Shown: in pieces, positions 52,510 through 59,972 of the stretch
Numbering within the stretch: the first letter of the stretch is position 1
Layout of the letters: each line of letters opens with the position of its first letter
DNA from: an uncultured Verrucomicrobiae bacterium
GTDB lineage: Bacteria; Verrucomicrobiota; Verrucomicrobiia; Chthoniobacterales; JAFAMB01
Direction: 5' to 3'
NCBI GenBank assembly: GCA_963762565.1
Contig: CAVXLD010000012.1
Span: forward strand, 288,001 to 352,000
Length of the DNA: 64,000 bases
Translations under genes and position numbers: made by a program
The notes under the pieces: model-generated
The model's database searches: none
What the model was told of the DNA's origin: nothing
What the model saw: only the letters and a program-made list of their open reading frames with translations

Positions 52510-53475
52510 CTAGGCGTAGTGGTCAACGATTTCGACGTCAACAACGTTGCCGTCTACGACTGTGACTTGTTTATATTGCCCGTCAGCCAAACCGTAGTAA
52601 TAGACCGTCGCTGCGTCGCCGTTGTAGTAGCTATCCTCTGTATAAACCGCATTCGGATAGTAGTACGGGATCAGCGCAAACGGCATTCCAATGACTATAT
52701 TTCCCCAGCAAATATCGTCATACCAAGCCCAGCAAAGTCCTGGAGCAAACCCCAGCCCAATCAGGCCATAGCAGTAGGATCTTGCTCCCCAGAAGTTGCA
52801 TCGCCACCAATATCCGCCGTGGTTGAACCAGTATCCCCCTCTCGGATCGGAACGGGTTGAGAATACGGCGCCGTGTGCTGCCCACTGCCGGTTGCTAATC
52901 TCCGTTAGTCGACGGTCCATCAAACCGTTGACAGATGATCGGGTTAACGAATGATTGTAGGGAGTTGCCCGGCCTGGCGTCCGCGTCGCATGTGCTCCAC
53001 GTGAGGAAGCGGTGTTCCGCGAGTAAAGACTGGCGCGGCTATTAGCCGAGGCGCCCCTCCTTGCCTCGGGCGACACGTTTCTGAGTTCAGAATTGTTTCT
53101 CGTTTTATCGGTCGTCGCTACACGGTGCGAGGTGCTGGCTACATGATGCGAGGTGCTGGCTATGTGATGCGAGCTAGCTGCATGACTCGAGCTAGCTACG
53201 TGATGCGAGCTGGCCACATGACTCGAGCTGGCTACATGATGCGAGCTTACTCCTTGGTGGCTGCTGGCGGCATGATAGCCGCCGTGAGTGCTGGCGGCCT
53301 TGCTTCCCCCGCTTCCGTGCGAAGCGCTTGGATGCCCACCACCCCCATGACTATGCTGGTCGGCTAGAACATTGAAGAACGGTAGACAGCTGATACACCC
53401 AACGGCGATTAGCGGGGTCCACCATCGAATCCTGCGAACAGAGCGCGCGCTCGCCGCAGACGATAACGTTTTCAT
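52510..53475 (-). CDS. Secreted His/Ser-rich protein with Trp/Cys/Gly-rich C-terminal domain, paralog 2
   Basis: Signal-like N-terminus; (S)HHVASS/T repeats; identical block LIGLGFAPGLCWAWYDDICWGNIVIGMP. Confidence 0.85.
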   Translation of the reverse strand: MKTLSSAASARSVRRIRWWTPLIAVGCISCLPFFNVLADQHSHGGGGHPSASHGSGGSKAASTHGGYHAASSHQGVSSHHVASSSHVASSHHVASSSHAASSHHIASTSHHVASTSHRVATTDKTRNNSELRNVSPEARRGASANSRASLYSRNTASSRGAHATRTPGRATPYNHSLTRSSVNGLMDRRLTEISNRQWAAHGAVFSTRSDPRGGYWFNHGGYWWRCNFWGARSYCYGLIGLGFAPGLCWAWYDDICWGNIVIGMPFALIPYYYPNAVYTEDSYYNGDAATVYYYGLADGQYKQVTVVDGNVVDVEIVDHYA

Positions 53476-53705
53476 AAGGACCTTTCGAAAACTACTCTCC
53501 TCGTCTGCCTGAACCGTGATTCAAGCACGAGGTATGCTTGTATTTCTTACTCTTGTTTAGACGGAGTCTTGCCAAACCTTATTCGTTTCGGGTACCTAAG
53601 GTGGTCTCACCCAGCGACTTTGAGGCGACGAGTTGCGCCTCCGCTGCGAGATTATTTGAGCCGTCCGCGGAGTAGCGCCATTGTCCTTTTCCACCTGATT
53701 TTCAC

Positions 53706-54323
53706 ATGAATAAGAAGACCGCTGGGCTCTATCTTCTGTTAATGTTGCAGCTCTTGGCTGGTGCGTACGGACAGACAACGGTTCCCGCAACCAGTCCCAA
53801 AGCGATTTCGCCTTCGCCTCAATCGACAGCAGCTGGACCTGTCGTCAAAATCAAGATTGTGGTCGGCTGCGATGAGGCCGCGATCCGCACCTTGGTTGAA
53901 AACTCGCTTCGGACTGCATTGTCCAAGTCGAAGGATGTCACCGTGCTAAGCGGCCCAGGGAGTGCCGCGCTCATCATTGGGGTAAAACTGGTCCCGGTGA
54001 CCGGCGTCCAACCCAAGTCTCCGCTGTACGCCATGGAACTATCGCTGTTCGATACACCGGCACTCTTTAGGGCATTAGAAACCGCCGGACTAAGTCGCCA
54101 GGTCATTCACACTTTACTGGTAGCCAACGAGGTCCAGCCGATCCGGGAACAGAACACTTTGTTGGTCGTGTCCAAGGACGAGATACCCGCCAAGATTCAG
54201 AGTTTCGTTCCGGACATTGAAACGCATGGCGTGCAAAGAGCACGCATGGCCATGACTTTGAATCAACAACGAAAGCCAGGCGCGCAGTTGGATACTAACT
54301 CGGTTCGGGAGGATACGCAGTAG
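53706..54323 (+). CDS. Secreted hypothetical protein
   Basis: Signal peptide MNKK...AYG-Q. Confidence 0.75.
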   Translation: MNKKTAGLYLLLMLQLLAGAYGQTTVPATSPKAISPSPQSTAAGPVVKIKIVVGCDEAAIRTLVENSLRTALSKSKDVTVLSGPGSAALIIGVKLVPVTGVQPKSPLYAMELSLFDTPALFRALETAGLSRQVIHTLLVANEVQPIREQNTLLVVSKDEIPAKIQSFVPDIETHGVQRARMAMTLNQQRKPGAQLDTNSVREDTQ

Positions 54324-54351
54324 TGCGGGCTTCGCGTGAGAAGTGGAAAAC

Positions 54352-54592
54352 CGTGGAGCGCTGCCTCGCCTGCGAGGCCGTGGTGAACAAGGAGAGATCA
54401 TAAACAGTGGCTCTGTTCTCTGCTGCGCTCTATGGTCTAGCTGGTAGGATCCTGGAAAGCCGAGATAGAAGAATCTCGTCGGGCACCATTCTAAGTCTTC
54501 AACAGGCGCGTTACAGAGCGTAGACAAAGGACCCACACTTAACGATCGTCGCCTTGCTTACCACGGCCTCGCAAGCGAGGCAGCGCTCCACG
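54352..54592. repeat. GTGG-type REP doublet (REPIN-like)
   Basis: GTGGAGCGCTGCCTCGCCTGCGAGGCCG ... CGGCCTCGCAAGCGAGGCAGCGCTCCAC; half-copy inside 5325-5419. Confidence 0.85.
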
Positions 54593-54674
54593 ATTCGCTA
54601 TTCGAACCAAGACCGCTATCCAGCAAATACGACCGCTGCACGCTGTCGGCGCGAATATTTGGGACTGCCCAGAT

Positions 54675-55139
54675 ATGACGCTACTAATCATTGCCGAAGC
54701 TCCAGAGCTAGAATTTTCCGTGCTTGGAACAAACACGATCACTAGCTCGGATGACGAAGGCCTCGTTTTCTATGACGAAGTTAGCAAAGTGCAAGTGCTA
54801 CCTGATGAACGAAAATTCACTATTCAGGTCATTACTCCCGATCTCGAAATCCAAATGGATTTCCCGGACGCCGAGAGTGTTCACGAAGCACTAAAACTTT
54901 TTGAGTTAAAGAAGGTTGCGGAAGTTCACCCCCAGGCGCCTGGCTCTGTCCGCCTGATGCCGGTTGAACTCAGCAGTGGAAACTCGGGAGTGGTTGAACC
55001 GGTGGATGCCGCCCCGTCGACTTGGCCGGAACTCGAGACAGCCACCATCAACCCCGACTCAGAAATTCTACCAGAGCAGGTACCAGCACGTCCGGATCAA
55101 CGTCCAAGCGAGAACCTGCCGGATACGCAAAAGCAGTAG
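54675..55139 (+). CDS. Hypothetical protein
   Basis: 154-aa acidic ORF with ATG start. Confidence 0.65.
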   Translation: MTLLIIAEAPELEFSVLGTNTITSSDDEGLVFYDEVSKVQVLPDERKFTIQVITPDLEIQMDFPDAESVHEALKLFELKKVAEVHPQAPGSVRLMPVELSSGNSGVVEPVDAAPSTWPELETATINPDSEILPEQVPARPDQRPSENLPDTQKQ

Positions 55140-55323
55140 AAGCCTCCGCGGGAAGGACAAATAGCAGATCGCAAATAGCAAATAGCAAACAAAGAGTTGG
55201 GCGGTGCAACGCTTTGGGAAGTTTTCTTGGGCACTCGGCTGCGTGCGACTAAACAACCTTTCACTCTGTGGATCACCAACGAAAGAATCTGGCCGTCTCA
55301 ACTCGTCAGCGAACCGGCGAGCT

Positions 55324-55566
55324 TTATACTACCCCGAGCATTTCTAACCATGACTGGTCCCGACGATGTTGCGGATTCGCTTCCACCTTGGCGTAACAAT
55401 CATTCCCGTTCAGATCAGAAAACACCCTACACTTCCCGCGCTTCAAATCTGTTCTCACGCTATTAGGAATCCGGCGTAACTGTTTCCATCGCCCTTCTTC
55501 TGTTATCCAAGTTTGAGTGGCTTCGATCCAAGTATAGAGAAGAAAATGTGGGTACCCCGATTTCAT
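55324..55566 (-). CDS. Small hypothetical protein
   Basis: 80-aa ATG ORF whose start overlaps (ATGA) the stop of the upstream fragment. Confidence 0.35.
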   Translation of the reverse strand: MKSGYPHFLLYTWIEATQTWITEEGRWKQLRRIPNSVRTDLKRGKCRVFSDLNGNDCYAKVEANPQHRRDQSWLEMLGVV

Positions 55567-55844
55567 GACGTCAGTGTCCTCCGGACTAGGTTCGCATTTG
55601 GAATGGGGTAGGGACTTGCGCCTCGGGAGCCTATGCGAGCCGCGTCTTGTAGCGATAAGGGTTCCTCAAAAACCTGTAATACCACAAACCCACAAACCAG
55701 CCTGTTGGCTGGGTTCACCTTGTTCGCTCTCTTGTACCCGTTTCTAGAAACGCGTCTCTTCCAGTTTAAGCTCTGGTCAAAGTCGTCAGGACAAATCAGC
55801 TCCTCGCCTTTTTTGATCTGCCGGGCAGCAACCAGAGTGCGAAA
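55563..55844 (-). pseudogene. Possible 5'-truncated SET-domain gene remnant
   Basis: Start-less open frame reading FRTLVAARQIKKGEELICPDDFD, like the SET C-terminal motif A.RDI..GEELT.DY. Confidence 0.4.
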
Positions 55845-55848
55845 TTAA

Positions 55849-57023
55849 GGGGTTCAAAACCGGCCACTTTTCGGAACTGAAGACAGCTCTTGTCGGGTTC
55901 GTAACTGCGAGCCCCGTTGAGTGAAGTCAAGATGTCCAGCACGTGATCTGTAGCCCAGAATCGAGCCGCTCTCGTATGCAACTTCCTGTAGGGAAGGATT
56001 TAACTTGCCATAATAGTAAGAATATCTATAGCTACTATGCGGTCTAGCAAGATGCTTTCGTCTCGGGTACTGGAAAGGGCAATCGCTTCTTTCCATGAAC
56101 TCACCAGACCTCTTCAAGCATCCGCGATCTGAACCAAGCCCTGGGCAGATTCATTCGACAATGGATCTGCCACCCCAACGGCCAAGCACAGGTTTTTCAC
56201 CTTCACTTTGAACCCTAGAAAGAACCAAACTATGAAGAGCAGCATCACCTCAAATTGGAGGCTGCTTTTGCGCGCCTTATCCGCATTCCTTATCGCCATC
56301 GCTGTGCTTTGGGCCATGCCAAGAACCGCCCGCGCACAGCTCTATGTCGCCGAGGGTACGTTCGTGGGCAAATACGACGCTACCACCGGAGCCGCGATTA
56401 GCCAAAGCTTCATCACAGGGCTGAACTTTCCCGTCGGACTCGCGGTGTTGGGCAACAGCCTCTTCGTGGCGAATCTTCTCAACGAAACGGTTGACGCATA
56501 CGACACTACCACCGGAGCCGCGATTAGCCCCAGCCCCTTCATCTCAACAGGGCTGCTCTTTCCCGACTTCCTCGCGGTGCAGGGTAACACCCTCTTCGTG
56601 GCGAGCCCGGGCTTTAACAGGGTTGGCACATACGACGCTACCACCGGAGCCGCGATTAACGCCACCTTCATCACAGGGCTGTTCAATAATAACGGCGTCA
56701 CCGGACTCGCGTTGAGGGGCAACACCCTCTTCGTGCCGAACTACAACACTGGCACGGTTGGCGAATACGACGCTACCACCGGAGCGGCGATTAACGTTCC
56801 CTTCATCACAGGGCTGAACGCACCCGTCGGACTCGCGGTGTTGGGCAACAGCCTCTTCGTGGCGAACTCTGGCAGCGGGACGGTTGGCGAATACCACGCC
56901 AAAACCGGAGCCGCGATTAACGCCAGCTTCATCACAGGGCTGATCGCACCCCAGGGACTCGCCGTCAAGAGCGCAAAATAGCGCTAACAGATCTGAAGGG
57001 AAAAGTGGCCGGTTTTAAGGACA
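55849..57023. mobile_element. Non-autonomous cassette bounded by 17-bp inverted repeats (AAAACCGGCCACTTTTC), adjoining the tRNA-Cys 3' end
   Basis: IR at about 55856-55872 and 57000-57016; no transposase inside. Confidence 0.5.
56232..56981 (+). CDS. Secreted highly repetitive beta-propeller protein (NHL/YVTN-like); ATG at 56232 preferred
   Basis: Signal peptide ending ARA-Q; five repeats of YDATTGAAIN..FITGL..P.GLAV.GN.LFVAN. Confidence 0.88.
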   Translation: MKSSITSNWRLLLRALSAFLIAIAVLWAMPRTARAQLYVAEGTFVGKYDATTGAAISQSFITGLNFPVGLAVLGNSLFVANLLNETVDAYDTTTGAAISPSPFISTGLLFPDFLAVQGNTLFVASPGFNRVGTYDATTGAAINATFITGLFNNNGVTGLALRGNTLFVPNYNTGTVGEYDATTGAAINVPFITGLNAPVGLAVLGNSLFVANSGSGTVGEYHAKTGAAINASFITGLIAPQGLAVKSAK

Positions 57024-57095
57024 AGGCGGGGGCGGGAATCGAACCCGCGAATAGAGGTTTTGCAGACCTCGGCCTTACCACTTGGCTACCCCGCC
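57024..57095 (-). tRNA. tRNA-Cys(GCA), CCA not encoded
   Basis: GGCGGGG acceptor, D-loop AAGTGGTAA, anticodon arm GAGGT-CTGCAAA-ACCTC, T-arm GCGGG-TTCGATT-CCCGC, discriminator U. Confidence 0.96.
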
Positions 57096-57323
57096 GGAGA
57101 GAGAATTCCCAGCATCGCCTCTAATTCTCCGGTGTCAACTTCGGGACAAGGAGTTCAGGTTGGGATAGGTCCGAAAATTGCAAGCGTAAAGACCCTTTGA
57201 CCGAGAATCTGAGATCAACTCAATAACGCTGATAGCCGGCTCCTGAACTCCTGCAACTCGACTCTTGAACTCCTGAGGTTGCTATTTGCCATTCCGGGAC
57301 GAGCTTCAGGCGAGTCCCCTGAC

Positions 57324-57497
57324 ATGGCCAAGTTACACGAGTCCGGAAATGTTCGTGTCAAAGACCTCGTCTATCTCGCGGCATGCGGGCTCGTGGCGAT
57401 AGCGATTTATTTGGTTTGGCAGGCGCTGGGCCTTTCGAATTCTCATGTGAAGCCTGGGCACGAAACGGACGCTACCGAGTCGTTGAACGACCATTAG
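57324..57497 (+). CDS. Small single-TM protein
   Basis: MAKLHESG...LVYLAACGLVAIAIYLVW. Confidence 0.55.
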   Translation: MAKLHESGNVRVKDLVYLAACGLVAIAIYLVWQALGLSNSHVKPGHETDATESLNDH

Positions 57498-57503
57498 GGA
57501 GTT

Positions 57504-57700
57504 GGTAGGGCGAGGCTCCGGAATCGCCAAGAATATCGCCCCGAAAGGTCGCTCTTCGTTGGTATTTCACGCGCAACCACCAAGAACCGCCGAGCCGTGG
57601 ACCCTCGGCTCGGCGGCTCTGAGTGGTTGGATTCTTTGGGCTCGGCAACAATTTACCGCCCTGACAACGGTTCTAGGCGATTCCGGAGCCTCGCCCTACC
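57504..57700. repeat. Family-A split REP doublet
   Basis: Close relative of the 62007-62215 copy. Confidence 0.9.
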
Positions 57701-57735
57701 ATCTCCTTGGACTCCTTGAACTCTTTCTCTTGCGG

Positions 57736-58707
57736 CTACTTCTGCGGCGTTGTCACATCCTCCAGCTGCGAGATGCGATTCCTGTTTATCTCGACCTTAA
57801 GCAGATCGGGTGACCGGCCCTTCTTGAGCGCTTTCCATGCATCCGGAAAATCGCGTTTCATTAGCTCGACGTCATGAAGACCATTCGCGTCGCAGAGCTG
57901 GAGCTTCGCCAACGCTTTGTAAACACGGGTAGTACCAATGGGCCGCGCGAGTCCGGAAGGTTGGCTCTCGGCGGAACGATCCAAGACCAAATAAGAAAAG
58001 GCTACCGTTCGATGATCGATTTCGAGTTGCTTAGCAAACTCGGACCAATCGGCATCCATGAAGGTTTCAGCAGGGGGCCGGGTAAAGAAATGGCACCAAT
58101 GAACCTGGTTTTCGGGCGCCAACATTCTGCAAGGTTGGCGGTGAGTACACGGTGCAATCACTGGCCAATCTAATCGTTCTCGCCAGAACCCGAGTTTCTT
58201 ACTCAACACTGCGCTTCCACCTTCTACCCAGATTAGACTCGATGCCCGATCGACAATTGAAGCGAGCAGTTTCTGCGACCTATCATCGAGCTCACCCAGA
58301 ACATGGCTGAGCAGAAGGCAAAACGATTCGCCTTCAGGTATGCCAGTCTGCACGGAGACTGATGAGAACTGCTCGCGGATGGTTTTTGCTGCATAGCGTT
58401 CGGCGTGCGGGGACAAATCGGCTAAGTATGCGCACTCAAGATTTGGGAAAGCATCGAGGATTTTTCGAGAAGCGATACCCGAACCACAGCCCCAATCTAG
58501 AAACAGCTTTTCTCGCGGTTGCCAGCGTAGCGAACGCAACTGAGAAATTACCGCATCCCATCGCCAGCCGATCCGTATTGCCAGAGTTTGATCGTATAGC
58601 CCTACGGTTTGCTCCGAATCCCAATAACTGGCGCGATTGGGATTAGCGCTTAGAAAAAACTGTCGTAGCTCCCGCAGCTTTTGCCATTGATAGCCAGAAA
58701 GTTTCAT
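57736..58707 (-). CDS. Rsm22/METTL17-family SAM methyltransferase-like protein
   Basis: LDWGCGSG; IAPCTH..PC.M......WCHF; FSYLVL; L.LC...G. Confidence 0.85.
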   Translation of the reverse strand: MKLSGYQWQKLRELRQFFLSANPNRASYWDSEQTVGLYDQTLAIRIGWRWDAVISQLRSLRWQPREKLFLDWGCGSGIASRKILDAFPNLECAYLADLSPHAERYAAKTIREQFSSVSVQTGIPEGESFCLLLSHVLGELDDRSQKLLASIVDRASSLIWVEGGSAVLSKKLGFWRERLDWPVIAPCTHRQPCRMLAPENQVHWCHFFTRPPAETFMDADWSEFAKQLEIDHRTVAFSYLVLDRSAESQPSGLARPIGTTRVYKALAKLQLCDANGLHDVELMKRDFPDAWKALKKGRSPDLLKVEINRNRISQLEDVTTPQK

Positions 58708-59972
58708 TCGGTCATTCGGCTAAGCAGGTTCGCTAAGCGTTGATTCTGAATTCCGAATTTGTGCTGAAAATCGAGTGCTCGATCAACCAGATCGTCCCGC
58801 GGACCGGATTTGCCCGTTCTGGACGCTACGATCAGTAAATTCTTGGCGGTATGTTCGGTCCCGACGAATTCTTGGATCCGGGTTTGATAACCCCATGCCT
58901 CCAGGTAAAGGCATCGCAGCGTATCGGTTACGGTCTCGGTCATTCTATCGACCTGAACGCCGTGCTTGAATAGCGGCTCCAAGCCGGCAGGCGCGGTGAG
59001 TTGGGGCCGGAGTTCGTGTTGGCAACAGGGTGAAACTACGATCCAGCGGCATCCCTCCTTGATCCCGCGGTAGATCGCGTCATCAGTGGCGGTATCGCAC
59101 GCATGCAACGCGATCAAAATGTCGATCGGCGTGACTTCAACATCGTTGATCTCGCCTGGGATAAAACGGATTGCGCTTTCTCCGAGTCGTCCGGCGATCT
59201 CGTTCGCCAACCGCACTAAAGAACTGCGTTTTTCCACTCCGACAGTCTCTGGATGCAAACCGTTTTCTCGAAGGAATTGGTGGAGCGCAAAAGTCAGATA
59301 GCCCTTTCCACAACCCATATCGACGATGTGCAAGGTTTCGCCCGGGGTAGTCCCCTTGAGGATCGGCGCTAATGCTTCGATGAAGTGGTGTACCTGGCGG
59401 TACTTGTCACCCATCTGGGCTTTGGGACGGCCTTGGGGATCAATAACACCCAGCAATTCCAACGCTTGTTCGTCTCGCAACAGACGGACCTTTTCGCGAT
59501 CATGGGATCGATCCGCTGCCGGTACCGGACCAGAGTCATTTTGCGAAAATAAACGCGGTTCTCCGCGCCGGCTGAATACCAATTGCTGCCTGCCCAGGCT
59601 GGTCAGCAACGTTGCCGTCCGGCAACTTGAGCCTAACCAGCTCCTGATCGTCGCAATTCCTTCCGGGATCAGGCAGTTCTTAGTGACATCTTGGTTCGGG
59701 TACCGGTAAACGAACGACAGATGTGGCCCGGTTTTCAGGTCGACGATGCGAACATAGACATGTTGAACGGAGGCAACCTCGTCGCGCTGTAGGACTTCGG
59801 CGAGCTCAGTCGAGCCGCCTGGCGAAGGCGGAACCCTGTCGCGCCGTAGGCCTTGCGAAGGCGGAAGCTCGGTTTGAAATTTCCCCAGAGTCAATTTTTG
59901 GAAAGTCTGGTCATCGATCGAGTCCCTGATTGCCGTGACCAGTTGTTCAACCGGATCCGTCATCTTGGACAA
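58704..59972 (-). CDS. SAM-dependent methyltransferase (Methyltransf_32-like) with an in-frame repeat insertion of about 30 aa
   Basis: K.RQV..F.E, DMGCGKGYLTF, ALHACDTATD, PCCQHE, EHTAKNLLI. Confidence 0.92.
   Translation of the reverse strand: MSKMTDPVEQLVTAIRDSIDDQTFQKLTLGKFQTELPPSQGLRRDRVPPSPGGSTELAEVLQRDEVASVQHVYVRIVDLKTGPHLSFVYRYPNQDVTKNCLIPEGIATIRSWLGSSCRTATLLTSLGRQQLVFSRRGEPRLFSQNDSGPVPAADRSHDREKVRLLRDEQALELLGVIDPQGRPKAQMGDKYRQVHHFIEALAPILKGTTPGETLHIVDMGCGKGYLTFALHQFLRENGLHPETVGVEKRSSLVRLANEIAGRLGESAIRFIPGEINDVEVTPIDILIALHACDTATDDAIYRGIKEGCRWIVVSPCCQHELRPQLTAPAGLEPLFKHGVQVDRMTETVTDTLRCLYLEAWGYQTRIQEFVGTEHTAKNLLIVASRTGKSGPRDDLVDRALDFQHKFGIQNQRLANLLSRMTE

Noticed and set aside
55854..56317. 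Short ORFs inside the IR-bounded cassette as transposase fragments
   Set aside because: No IstA/IstB or integrase motifs recognisable
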